A stretch of 51,951 nt of DNA from Octopus bimaculoides (lineage: Eukaryota): positions 1,481,923-1,533,873 of the forward strand of contig NC_068983.1 of assembly GCF_001194135.2 (NCBI RefSeq), written 5' to 3'. Every line of letters begins with the position of its first letter. Positions within the stretch are counted from its first letter, which is position 1. The notes beneath the pieces were generated by a model, which did no database searches, was not told the DNA's origin, and saw only the letters and a list, made by a program, of their open reading frames with translations. This document shows positions 1 through 11,974 of this stretch, one piece after another. The position numbers and the translations under genes were made by a program.

Positions 1-25
1 TATATATATATATATATATATATAT
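1..25. repeat. (TA)n microsatellite
   Basis: Direct reading. Confidence 0.95.
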
Positions 26-229
26 GCGTGTGTGTAAATAATATATATACCTTATTAATATTGAAATATTTCTATATTATATATAATCTTATTATAATAT
101 ACATGATGTCATATCATTTGTTATATATATCACTATTTTTAGCGCAAAAAAAAATCACATAAATGTTTGACAGCAGAATTAAAATGAGTGTTGTTTCAAA
201 ACAATAGATGTACCCTAATGCAATAAGAC

Positions 230-458
230 CTTATACCTCCGCTGCACACAAATCATTAGGAATAGTTCTAATCAGACTGCATAGCCTCTTTCAGTTTTCC
301 CTTACACGGTCGACTGATTATATACGCTTCGTTATTTTTACGTCAATTAAGTTTGCTGTATCACGTGAAAGCTGCTTCCTTATGAGAAAGCTTGTATTTC
401 GCTTGCCACCTGAACGATCCTGCATGATCATATCTTTTACATTTATCCCCGATGCATA
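230..458 (-). mobile_element. Possible decayed Tc1-like transposase N-terminal fragment
   Basis: Minus frame reads GINVKDMIMQDRSGGKRNTS...SVDRVREN*KRL with in-frame stops. It loosely resembles the Tc1 'GSVxDxxRSGRPRKTS...SVxTVRRRL' region. Confidence 0.3.
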
Positions 459-850
459 CTAGAAAGCAGTTTTCCATTTAGCACATAAGCAAAAAAAAAC
501 AAAAAACAAAAAAAAACAAACACACAATCAAACCAAATACCATCGAACCAGATACGAAAATCTTAGTTGCAACCCTCATACAATTAACTTTTCATTCTCA
601 TACGAATATAACAGAAACTTAGATTGATATTAAAGAACGCAGTACTCCGCGAGATGTTACACTGCGCAATTACGGATCTAGTGTTTGATGAACATTCATG
701 GATGAAATGTTCGGATTTGAAAATGTAACATAACCACCCACTGCACAGGAGAGATAATGTTTTGTCCTGCCTTACAGAGCTTCAACATCCTCCACTTATC
801 TGGCATTAAACTTCACGATTTAAATTTTCACAGTATATGCATGTATGTGT

Positions 851-852
<2 letters not shown>

Positions 853-904
<52 letters not shown>
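853..904. repeat. (CA)n microsatellite
   Basis: Direct reading. Confidence 0.95.
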
Positions 905-908
<4 letters not shown>

Positions 909-910
909 CT

Positions 911-1196
911 GGAGGCACAATGGCCCAATGGTTAGGGCAGCGGACTCTTGGTCGTAGGGTCGCGGTTTCGATTCCCAGACCGAGCGTTGTGGAAGTTTAT
1001 TGAGCGAAAACACCTAAAGCCCCACGAGGCTCCGGCAGGGTATAATGGCGAACCCTGCTGTACTCTTTCACCACAATTTCTATAACTCTTTCTTCCTGTT
1101 TCTGTTGTATCTGTATTTCAAAGGGTCAGCCTTGTCACCCGCTGTGGACTACATTAGGGGTACTCGTGTCTGTGGAGTGCTCAGTCACATGCCCGT
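911..1196 (+). mobile_element. tRNA-derived SINE (family A)
   Basis: A-box TGGCCCAATGGTTAGG and B-box GGTTTCGATTCCC. The body (tatttcaaagggtcagccttgtcac...gtctgtggagtgctcagtca) is shared with copies at 23065 and 28660. Confidence 0.85.
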
Positions 1197-1198
1197 TT

Positions 1199-1238
1199 AT
1201 ACATACATACATACATACATACATACATACATACATAC
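1199..1238. repeat. (TACA)n microsatellite
   Basis: Direct reading. Confidence 0.95.
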
Positions 1239-1267
1239 AAATTCGAGACGAAAAGCAAACTTGTCCT

Positions 1268-1353
1268 CGTTGCAATCTGAACAGTGAAGTCTGGCGAAAT
1301 GCCACTAAGCATTTTGACCAACGTGCTAACAATACTGCCAGCCTACCGCCTTC
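1268..1353 (-). mobile_element. SINE family B head fragment
   Basis: Reverse complement aaggcggtaggctggcagtattgttagcacgttggtcaaaatgcttagtggcatttcg matches the heads at 48589 and 51737. Confidence 0.8.
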
Positions 1354-2059
1354 AATAATACAAACATTAATAGTGAACGATTGTCATACAAGAAATCAGG
1401 AGTAAATTTAATGAAGTATAGGTTTATTAAGGGTAGATAAGCATTGAAATACTCACAGTTATCTGGAGTCGCTGTTTGTACTTCAACGTCCTGAAAATAA
1501 ACACCAGAAATGCAATGTCGTTTTTCTTTTTGTGCTTTTGCATGTGTGTGTGTGTACGTGTGCTTGTACTTGTAGTTTAGAATCGTGTATCTTTGTATGA
1601 GTATGTTTGTGTGTAGGTTTCTGTCTTGAGAACATGATGACATGAACATGTATTTGTGTAATTTTAATATTGCAGACCTTAAATTTATTATAATAAACAA
1701 ATCTACTTATAACAAATTCAGTAATGGAGATTTAAAATCAAAATAATACGAGTAGGTGATTTTAACAGTGAAAATGAACAATTATGTTTATAACAAAAGG
1801 AAAACTCGTATTATTGTTGATAAGCGGGTTAAAAAATCACACACTTCTAATCGAAATATAGATGGCGTATACTCTAGTAAAATATCAAATTCTTTAAATA
1901 TAAAATCGGCTAAAAGATTTAAAGATAAAAGTAGAAGTAAACGCTAACATTAATATGGCTCGAAATCACAAGATACTTACTCCTTCGAAAAACAGGTATA
2001 AACATCAAAATTATGATCTTAACTCGAAGAATACTTTACCGTTAATCGTTCTATTTGGT

Positions 2060-2945
2060 AAATAGATCAATTACAACTTTTCCAATTTGTTTAATATAAC
2101 AATTCAAAAACACTTTCCAAGAAACCACAGATATAACTAAATTTTTAATCGACATAAGATTAGATCGGTTATTGTCTTAGCCGTAATATTGCACAAATTA
2201 TAGCAGCATATAATGTTAAAATAATATCGAAATTTCAAAAAAAGCGATTGCAATCAGAATGGCGTAATAAATGCTAAGCATGATGACGCCAAACGGAATT
2301 AATAACTGAGATAGGAGGGAACGCTAAGAAATTAAATGTCGTGGTAAGGGAAACAACCCAATTTAACATTAATAATAAACTTCAAATAGAATAAAAATTC
2401 AACTAGAAATAGAACAGAGATAATGTTATCTAAAGGAGGAAATAGTAATAAAGAACTTGGTAGAAATGAATTTAATTCTACAATAAATGATCAAACTGAA
2501 ACTAAATCTGAGGGAAATATAAAAGGCTACATTTGAAATTGTTATAAACGGTAATCCTGTTATGTAAAACTAAAAATGTGATATATAGATGTATAGTGAC
2601 ATCTGAAGGTAAATAATTCTTTTATATCGGAGGGATTTCATAAATTTTCAAGAGGAGACTGTCAAATCATTCAAGTTCATTTGAAGTCAAAATGAAAATG
2701 TTCCAGCCTGTCTTAGGAAAGTAATCTGGTCTTTTAAAGACAGTAAAAAGGACTATACGATTAAATGGGAGTTAATTTGTATTGCAAAGCCATATAAACC
2801 TGGAATCCATAGATCTATGTTTAGAAGAATTATTCAGGATTTTCACGTCCAAGTGTAATATAATAAATTCTCGACAGGAGCAAGTATTGAGATGCTTGCA
2901 CATGAGGAAATTCACATTTGCAAAGTATAGATGAATAATTATCAT
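2060..2945 (+). mobile_element. Decayed Penelope-like element, thumb/linker and GIY-YIG endonuclease region
   Basis: Manual translation across frameshifts gives KHFPRNHRYN*IFNRHK..GYCLSRNIAQII, TKNVIYRCIVTSEG, RRLSNHSSSF and VIWSFKDSKKDYTIKWELICIAKPYKPG. These are typical PLE C-terminal motifs. Confidence 0.75.
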
Positions 2946-3289
2946 CTAAACTATACAAGGATTTGAAATTGTGGCCTGAAAATGATTATCCAATAATAAC
3001 TTTAGTGTAGAGATTGTTCGCGTCTGACCTAACGGACAATTCTACATTATACAACGCAGAGTTTATAAAAGAAAATCATTAAGCCGCTATACCAAGGGAC
3101 ATCAAGTTAAGACCCTGAAGAGACTGCAACATTTTATAGCAGGGTTGCAATTACAACGGTTACTAATCGCTGCAATTGAAACATGTGTTGGTCTTAAAAG
3201 CAGAATATAATTATAGAATTAAAGGTAATACTTGCGCTACTTTGGAGAAATCCTTATTTTTGATATTGTCACGCCTCCAACATCATTGT

Positions 3290-3628
3290 CCGTACACTAT
3301 GCACCCCACACTATTTACTTCCTTCCCAAAATTCACAAGCCCGACTACTCTGACCACCCCATTCTCTCCGCCTGCATCTGCCCCACGGAAATGATTTCCA
3401 AATACCTCGACTATGTTCTTGCCCGTCTAGTAGCCTCTCTCCATCACACACTATGATACTAACCATACTCACCGTCTGTTTGGCTCTTTCTTCTTCCCTT
3501 CTGGTCGCTATCAACTTCTGTTCACCCTTGACATTAAAGTTTGTATATGGGCGTCCCACACATCGAAGGACTTGCGTTTAAGCACTTACTTGACCCTCAA
3601 ATTAACCCTCAAACTGACATGTCTACAC
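3290..3628 (+). mobile_element. Penelope-like RT fragment (second family)
   Basis: IYFLPKIHKPDYSDHPILSACICPTEMISKYLDYVLARLV, then LFTLDIK and EGL-FKHLLDPQINPQTDMSTL. Confidence 0.8.
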
Positions 3629-6550
3629 TTTCTGACAGCAGAAAACCGGACTAGAAGTTCCCGAGGTTCCTCTAAGGAGGTCGCTATAAGTGCAGCATTC
3701 GGGATCTGCAAAAAGCAGATCCCGAATGATACTGGTGCATAGCTGTGTTCTGACTTTGAAACGCTGATGATTGAATAGTCCTCCACTCGTTGGAAACTGT
3801 AATTTTTGATACCTCTTTGTATGTCACCAAACGCATACCTCAGCACCACTGAAAAGAGTGCAAACATAACAGGGACCATACCACAACTTTGCTTTGTGTC
3901 GTTTGTATCATCGAAGGAAGCCGAAGATTCCTCACCGTTCGCGACAACAGTCTTCATTCCCGCATGAAAGGAGATGGTAACATTCAACATCTTGTCAGGT
4001 GTACCAAGCTTTTTCGGATCTTTTCATAGTGCTTGCCGGTTATCAGAACTGAAAGCCTTAGTAAGGTCAACAAATACCATGAACAACTCTTGATTTTTCT
4101 TCCGTACCTTCTCCATGACCTGACGAAGGGAAAACATCATGTCGATAGTGCCACAACCAAAGCGAAATCTGCACTATGATTCTGGAGAGATATCGTTTAC
4201 AACGTGTTTGCTGATCCTGTCAAGAATGAGTCGAGCAAGAAACTTACCAACAATGAACAGAAGCAACATCCCATGATGCCTATCACAATTATGTTTCCTT
4301 AATTCTTATAAAGACGTTGAATTAAGACATCCTTGAAGTCCTGTGGTACACGGCCAACTATTTAAATATTTATGAACAAGTCACACAATTCAAGGAAAAC
4401 CCTCTGTCGAACATGCCTGTAGATTTTGGGCAGGACAGCATCACTTCCAGATGATTTACCAAAAGAGATCTACTTAATGGAGATTAACATTTCCAGGAAG
4501 GTTGGCTCCAAAGTCAATTCCGGTATTTCAGCGTGTGTGGAATAGACATTATGACGTCATCATTAGTGACACGCCTTGAAAGTGATCTTTCCATTATTTC
4601 AGGACGTAAGATTTGTCAATCAACAATGTCCATCTATGGGACGAAACGAATAGGCGTAAGACTGTGCTCTTGAGAAACATACACGTTCTTGAGACCATCA
4701 TAAAAGGCTTTAGAATCGTTTCTGTCTGCAGCGTTTTGGAATTAAGTCGCTTTGCAAGACCACCAGGCCTCTTTCGTCTGTCTTAGAGCACGTGCCATCT
4801 GGCCTCTGCATTTCTTATAAGCAGTCTCTTTTCAGGATCAACTCTTATCATTTATGCAGGTTTTGCGAGAGCTGTGCATTTTATCTATCAAGTGTTGGAT
4901 GACTATGCTGTTATCGTTGAACCAATCTTGATGTTTACGAACAGGACGTCCAAGAACCTCTACAGATGCAGAGTGCATTGCAATCACGCAGAGCATTCCC
5001 AGATGATTCTATGTCATCATTGATATCAACTGTGTTGGGTGCAGTGTCCAACTTAATAGGGAGCTCAGCCTGTTTTTCAACAGTTTTCAAAGGCGGAACA
5101 TTAAAGCGCTTAGGCACTTATGTGATTCAGATGGATGGTAGCCTTACTACGGAGGAGAGAATGGTCAGAGAGATAATAAGTGTTATGAAAGGAACGTGTA
5201 ATGTTAAAGTCCCTGATATCTCGCTTCTTAGATATAACATAGTCTATGAGATGCAAATGCTTAGATCTAGGATTCATCCAAGTCGTCAAGCAGCTATTTC
5301 ACAAAGCTATTTGTGATGCTGAGACTGAATTCCTTGCAGATGGAGAGCACACGCAGACCACTGGAGTTCATTCGACCTACACCATAGCGACTGAGTACAC
5401 CCTCCCATGCCTGATTGTCAGTACGAACATGAGCGTTAAAGTCGCCCATAAGGATAAGTTTATCCCTATGGTGACAAACGGAGATGACATTAGACAGTTG
5501 GTTGTAAACGTCATCCTTTTCTCCTCAGTGCTAACCACGGTAGGATCATAGCAAAGGACAAGCGTAGCACGTGTGTTATGATCAAGTTCAAAATTTAACA
5601 TCATGATGCGATCAGAAATACATTTAGGTAGAGAAAGAAAAGATCGAACTATTTCTGTCTTGATGTCAAATCCAACACAAGAGTGGCGTGGCTAGTCCTC
5701 ATTTCTTCCACGCCAGAATAATACACATTCACCATTATTTCCTTCTAACTGTGATGATCCTGCAAGACTAGTTTCACTGATTGCAGCTGTGTAGAGGATA
5801 TATTTCTTTAGTTCAAGGGGGCAATCGGTGTTGTTTTTTCGGTTTTGTGTTGAGTGATTGTCTTAGACAATATGCACATTCCAAGAACCAAGGTTAATAT
5901 TCTCAGATCTCCTAGTATTTCGACTACGTTACAGAATATCCAGATAGCTACAGCAGGCTGCCAAGTTTAAGGTGAGTTAGCAATGCTTAGGGCTTCTGTT
6001 CTCGCCCCTACCTCTGTTGGAGAAAGCAGTGCTGCATCAAAATAGACCAGATTTGTCACCACTGGAGGATATGGACGTCACAGTTGCTCACAAATTCTGT
6101 GCTGGAGATCCAGAAAGAGGCTTTCAGTAATATCCTCTACCTGTCCGTGCAACTTTCACTCTCTCGCCAGAGGACTTCTTTGTTTTTGCAAGTTGAAGCA
6201 ATGCAATATTGAATGAATAAATGTAAGTTGTCAGAAAACCCACAACTATGATTTGATTTAAGTGTTGAAGGCTTGTGTAGAACCAGCCACACCTTTTGGA
6301 AGTGATGATAGCAAGAATATGGTGTACACATGTGCAACTATACCAAAAACAACAGGCCCTTGGTTTTATCTTCAGAGGTTTCCATCTATACAAGCCGCTA
6401 TAAACAGGCTGGAGAGCCTAGGTTACCCTATGAGTCAGAGTTTGCCCTGTTAAGGAGACCCTCAGTGATCCAAGACCTGGTTTTATATCAGAATTTCCTT
6501 CTATTAGACGCGATGCCTTCAGCATGGTTAAGATGCTTCATCTCTCCACT
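3625..6550 (-). mobile_element. RTE-clade LINE: 5'UTR, APE endonuclease and RT, missing its 3' part
   Basis: LGSWNV..AAISETSLAG (APE), PES*CRFRFGCGTIDMMFSLRQVMEK..MVFVDLTKAF and SFHAGMKTVVANGE..TKQSC..AALIATSLEE (RT). Many stops and frameshifts. Confidence 0.9.
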
Positions 6551-6825
6551 AGTGTATGAAATTAAATACATCAAATTTAAAATAGAAATAAAATAACATA
6601 AAACAGTGTATACAAATACACCTTGCTGCATGGATGTTAACTACTCATAAGTCCCTCCACCCTTTAACGGGTTCTATTCCACGTCCCGAAGTGTGTACAA
6701 CAATCACCCTCTTCCCCAAGGAAGCTCGGTGAGGTTTGCAGTTTACTCCCCGACGACCCGACCAATCACTAGGTTGCACTGTTTTACATGTTACCAATAG
6801 CGCTAAAGACATACACACACACTCA

Positions 6826-7274
6826 TATATATGTATATATATATATATATATNNNNNNNNNNNNNNNNNNNNNNNNNNNNNNNNNNNNNNNNNNNNNNNN
6901 NNNNNNNNNNNNNNNNNNNNNNNNNNNNNNNNNNNNNNNNNNNNNNNNNNNNNNNNNNNNNNNNNNNNNNNNNNNNNNNNNNNNNNNNNNNNNNNNNNNN
7001 NNNNNNNNNNNNNNNNNNNNNNNNNNNNNNNNNNNNNNNNNNNNNNNNNNNNNNNNNNNNNNNNNNNNNNNNNNNNNNNNNNNNNNNNNNNNNNNNNNNN
7101 NNNNNNNNNNNNNNNNNNNNNNNNNNNNNNNNNNNNNNNNNNNNNNNNNNNNNNNNNNNNNNNNNNNNNNNNNNNNNNNNNNNNNNNNNNNNNNNNNNNN
7201 NNNNNNNNNNNNNNNNNNNNNNNNNNNNNNNNNNNNNNNNNNNNNNNNNNNNNNNNNNNNNNNNNNNNNNNNNN

Positions 7275-7314
<40 letters not shown>

Positions 7315-7337
7315 GAGAGATAGAAAGAGAAAGAGAG
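6826..7337. repeat. (TA)n, assembly gap 6853-7274, (GA)n
   Basis: Direct reading. Confidence 0.95.
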
Positions 7338-7431
7338 ATGCACGCACACACATATGGATCATAACAATTTAAAATTCGTTGGTACTGTTGAGTTTCAAGT
7401 GTGATGCTAGTCGTCAACCATTTTGAATTTT

Positions 7432-7434
<3 letters not shown>

Positions 7435-7467
<33 letters not shown>
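7435..7467. repeat. (TA)n microsatellite
   Basis: Direct reading. Confidence 0.95.
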
Positions 7468-7470
<3 letters not shown>

Positions 7471-7494
7471 AGGTGTATATATGTATACAAACAC

Positions 7495-7830
7495 AAATAA
7501 ATGGTGTTCCAGAGGGACACTGTCTTAGGGCCACTGTTATTCATAGCGGCCCTCTCAAACATGCACTCAATTTCTCAGATAGCTATTCTTGCTAGCTGTG
7601 CAGAAAACACAAAAGTCTCTCAAACAATACAAAATCCTGGAAATATTGCTCATCTACAACGGGAGGTGTACACAATATGCAGGTGAGCTGAGGAAACAAA
7701 ATACAGTTTAATGTAGGAAAATTCCGTTCTCTGCGTTACCAGCACACAAAGCTGAACGACATGCAGGCAGGATACACTGGCCCAAGAGGAACTGCAATAC
7801 CTGAATCAAAATCAGTGCCTGACCTGGGTT
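7495..7830 (+). mobile_element. CR1/L2-type LINE RT fragment
   Basis: GVP(Q)..TVLGPLLFIAALSNM..LASCAENTKVSQ (decayed YADDTK)..QFNVGKF..YTGPRG..DLG. Confidence 0.8.
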
Positions 7831-9603
7831 TGAACAATAATCCTAATAAGTTGTTAAGTTACTCCTGCCGTTCCTCTTTCTGCTTATTACCTCGTCCCTA
7901 TATATCATTGTCTTGCTCGAATCTTTTCGGACATATTCTTTTATGTAGGTATGACTGATTTTTTGGTCATAGTGAAAAAATGGTAAGGAAGAGCATCTGA
8001 CATTAATCAATTTATTATCAACAACAAGAACTGCCAATTCCCAATGACTTTGATTCTAAGGGGATATAAACTTGCTACATTGGGTCATTTGAATGCGATA
8101 AAGATAACTGTAGCTATATTACCATCCCTATTTCTTGATGCCCCCATTATTTCCTTCTCCCACTCGAAATTATTGTAAGCTTTAAGTATTGTTTCCCTAA
8201 ATTCATTCAGCCACAATCATAGAAAAAGGGGCAATGCATTTTATTCTCTAGTACTGATGAAAAATTTGCTAAAAAATTATAAGGGAGCATCCTGTATGTT
8301 GAACATCTATATGGTCGAACGCATCCAAGGAGAGCGATTTATTTCAAATTGAAGTAATGTTTGTATTGATCGATTGAATGGAGTCACATGAAACGGCCGT
8401 AGGGCACTAATACCTGGACATCCTTGTTACTTAGGGAAGGAGAAAGGTTTTTGATAAAGAATATCAGTAAGTTGTAGTGAAATGAAAATACAAATGAAAT
8501 GTGAATATCAGTAAGTCATAGTTACATGAATTTACAAATGCTGGATGATGTCAGTATTTTTGTTGAGATTCCGACGCTAGATTACAGGAATGCAGGGCAA
8601 AGATTTGTGTGGTTGTCTTTTCTGTGTGTTGTGTGTGTCGATGATTTTCGTTTCGATGTGTATTTGTGTCTGTGTGCGTATGGCTTCAGTGTCACATTGT
8701 CTCTGCTTATGTGAAAGAAATTTGTATATTTATATCTGAACAGAGAAGTTAGAAAAGTAGGTATATCTGAAACATGAATGAATATACGTATGTGTGTGTG
8801 TTCTTTTAGAGTGGGAGAAAGAGAGAGACAAAGAAATAGCGGCGCGATTTCTTTAGAGATCCACTCTGCTGGTGAAAGTGGACAAAACACCAACTCTTCT
8901 AATTTTCGTTTATCTTTTCTATCTTTTCATCTTTTACTTGTTTCAATCATTAGATTGTGGCCATGCTTGGGCACGGCTTTGAAGAATCTGGACGTACTGA
9001 CCCCACTCGCAAAATACTATATACTTTTTCCAGACGAACCGTATAAAGATATATACACGGAGAGAAGACTCCTGACAGGGCGTCTTACATGCTGACAAAG
9101 GCAGTTAAAAGTCAAACCACGCAAAAAAGGAATCGTTAAGTGAAGCTTCTAATAGGCACAAGAATGAATACAAAATAGTTAACTCTATACTCGAGCTCCG
9201 CTCTTGATGACCGAATTCGGCATCTGTAGCTCTTCGGAAACCGATACTCCTGAACGAAGACTGCTTGAACTCAAATCAATACTAATCAAATCAACATCAT
9301 TAATAAATGATAGGATTAAACGAGCAAAGGAAATAGACTCCCATATATCTCCACACACTAGCCTAGAGGCAATGAGGCCTTCCACATCATCATGCAAAAT
9401 CTACCCATTCTCACTGGAGATAGAACAATGAACAACATTTTAGGCTAACACAGATATCTCTACTTAATGATGAAACAGAAGAAAGGTGCTAAGAAAGAAA
9501 GATTAGTTTAGCAAGACAATGTATAGGGTTTATTACAATGTGTCTTAAACAGTAAATGATAGACTGTGAGAAACAGCGAAGAAAATTGTTTTGAAGAACT
9601 TAC

Positions 9604-9684
9604 AGCGTATGAAATATGAAGTTGAAAGCAAACGATAATCATAAGGGCAGAAAGCAGCAATGTGTCTGTGTGTCGCCAGTTCAT
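9604..9684 (-). CDS. Candidate first coding exon of a secreted or membrane protein (signal peptide MNWRHTDTLLLSALMIIVCFQLHISYA)
   Basis: ATG at 9684 with A at -3 (acaacgATG). The 27 codons form n, h and c regions ending S-Y-A. A perfect phase-0 donor GTAAGT follows immediately at 9603-9598. Confidence 0.5.
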
Positions 9685-9757
9685 CGTTGTTGCTGGATCG
9701 GTCAGTTTGGAAGACCATTTGTTTAAAGTTCATATATATATAGACGGCAGGATCTTG

Positions 9758-9905
9758 CTAGATAGATTGGTAGATAGCTAAATAGATACAGATAGTGAGG
9801 TCAACACACACACACACACACAGCACAGACACACAAACACACAAATACACACACGTATGCACAGATGTTAACACACACAGAGGAACGCACACACACGCAC
9901 ACAAA
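9758..9905. repeat. Compound (GATA)/(CA) simple repeats
   Basis: Direct reading. Confidence 0.85.
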
Positions 9906-10424
9906 CACATATCCATGCGCATGCCTGTGTAACAGGTGGACAGTAGGGTACATTGTTTGAATAAATAAACAAAATATAGGTTCAAATATAATAGAGAACT
10001 TAGAAAATAACATGTTAGAGAATGAATAACCTTGATCCATTCTTGACATTCTAATTTCCTAGAGTATTTCTTTGTAATTAGACTATGTTCAATCTGGCTT
10101 GACAAACACCGATAAAAGTTCATCGACAACTCGCATCCAAGCAAAAAGGACCGTTTGTTTGGTTTAATATAATCGGATTTGAAACCTGTTGAAGGATAAC
10201 ATTTCAGAGAGCAGAGAGTGGTATGGAAAGAATTTATCTTAATATTGATTCTGAGTCTTAAGCTATAATTTCATGAAAATTGATGAGAACTGAAATATTT
10301 GCGATGTCAATTGCTTTTATTATCTTTCCTCATTCAATTTAGCAGTTCAAGGCCAACTTTAAATATTCATATTTTCCTCGTTTGTAATCATAGTAGTAGC
10401 AGAGAGACAAAATGACATACGACA

Positions 10425-10600
10425 AAAGTTGAAAGGTTATCATCCAAAACCGTTATCAGGTTCTTTGAGAATGGTGAAGAAAGGAAGACCCTATTGAATG
10501 ATTGTAGATCTGGTGCTTATCCAACAAGGGAACAGGAATCGTTAACGACGCTCAAAGTGCTTAGTGGTATTCTAGAACCAGGTGGCAGATTCACTCAACA
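10425..10600 (+). mobile_element. Decayed mariner transposase HTH fragment
   Basis: KTVIRFFENGEERKTLLNDCRSGAYPT resembles the mariner 'WFxRFxxGxxxLxDxxRSGRP' motif. Confidence 0.45.
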
Positions 10601-10837
10601 AACCACTAACCGAGGGCTGCTCTACCATGAGGTTCTTTCACAGTTTTCATTAGTCAAATTTGCCTTTAAAATCGAGGCTCAAATCATGAATCGCCTTTTG
10701 AGATTATATTTTCCCTTGAGAATATATTTATATCTTTTCGAGATTATGATTTCAAATAATAATCTCAAAGAGCCCTATATCTTTCTTATCTCATTTAAAT
10801 TTTGACAATCAGAAAAATCTGGAACCCATTAAGCCCT

Positions 10838-10904
<67 letters not shown>
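10838..10904. repeat. (TA)n(TG)n microsatellite
   Basis: Direct reading. Confidence 0.95.
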
Positions 10905-11159
10905 ATGAGTTTGTGCGTGCAATATGTTATTTGTTGACCGTTTATTCAAAGAATGCTTGTATACTGACCATGCGCTTATTGTTTGATCCAAATGTATACC
11001 GTGTTATTGATACTAATGTCTCGTTTTACGCAAACTGTCACGCACTTATGCGTATAACTACTATACACATCAGTCGAGAGGTGAGCCTTTTTCTTTTGAG
11101 AGAGAATATCTGTTACCTACAGTCTACGGTACCATGCTATTTGTTCCCTCAAACACAAA

Positions 11160-11965
11160 ATTATAAATTTTTCGATTAGAATATATATCATCTGTTTTAC
11201 ATGGATAATTGAAATCTCTTTGCAAAGAATGACCAGCAAATACAGGTCCTATTAGCAATTGTTAAACAGTTCAGTGATGACACCACGATGCAATCGGCCT
11301 CGGTAATGTGAAAAAGCTATCTTTAACAGAGGAAAATGATAGAAACATCTAACGTTAATTTTGACCAACAGAAAGTCATAAAGGAATTAAAACCAACCGA
11401 GAGCTACAAATACCTAGGGATATTGCAAGGTGATGGAATGAAATATTAAATGAAGGAAACACCAGAAAAGAATGTTATCGCAGTGTAAGGGCAATACTCA
11501 AAACAGAGCTGAACGCAAGAAACAGGATCGAAGCGATCAATACTTTATCCATGCCAGTTGTGACTTACAGTTTCAATATTATTAACTGGTTAATTACTGA
11601 AGTCAGTAATCTTGAAAGAAAACGATGAAAATTGTTGGCAATGCATAGAATGCACCAAAGAACAAGTTTAGCTGCTAAGAAAGGAGGGTAGCCGTGGACT
11701 TTTACCACTGGCATTAACAATGAAGATTGCCGCAATTGGCCTAAACACCTACCTGAAAAACTGAGGACTGGATGTTAAAACTTGTCTCAAAGCATAAAAA
11801 CAAAAAAAAGCATCACACCCAGTAACAAAACAAGCCAAATTAATATATAAGTGAATTCCAAATACAACAAATTCCAGAATTAGACGGACTAGAAACAAGC
11901 ACAGCTTCTGCTGTGCTTGTTTCTAGTCTGGGCTAAAACTGCTGCCTTAGATATTCTTACTGATA
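11160..11965 (+). mobile_element. R4/Dong-clade non-LTR retrotransposon RT fragment
   Basis: YHLFYMD..LFAKNDQQIQVLLAIVKQFSDD..ESYKYLGILQGDG..AILKTELNARNRIEAINTLSMPVVTYSFNIINW. Confidence 0.85.
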
Positions 11966-11974
11966 AGAATATGC

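Noticed and set aside
318-458. Minus-strand phase-0 'exon' YASGINVKDMIMQDRSGGKRNTSF.. with a GKR site, tempting as a neuropeptide exon joined to the 9604-9684 signal exon
   Set aside because: The frame continues past stops with Tc1-like HTH similarity, so a transposase fossil is the simpler explanation. Only junction reads could rescue it.
6645-7417. Long ORFs spanning N gaps (also 20468-21685, 28257-28791, 29502-30548, 37328-37685, 43179-43735, 44330-45106)
   Set aside because: Their length comes from N runs. Only the flanking TE-derived parts are interpretable.
7840-8330. Possible minus-strand LINE RT remnant
   Set aside because: Only faint motif resemblance; too decayed to support.
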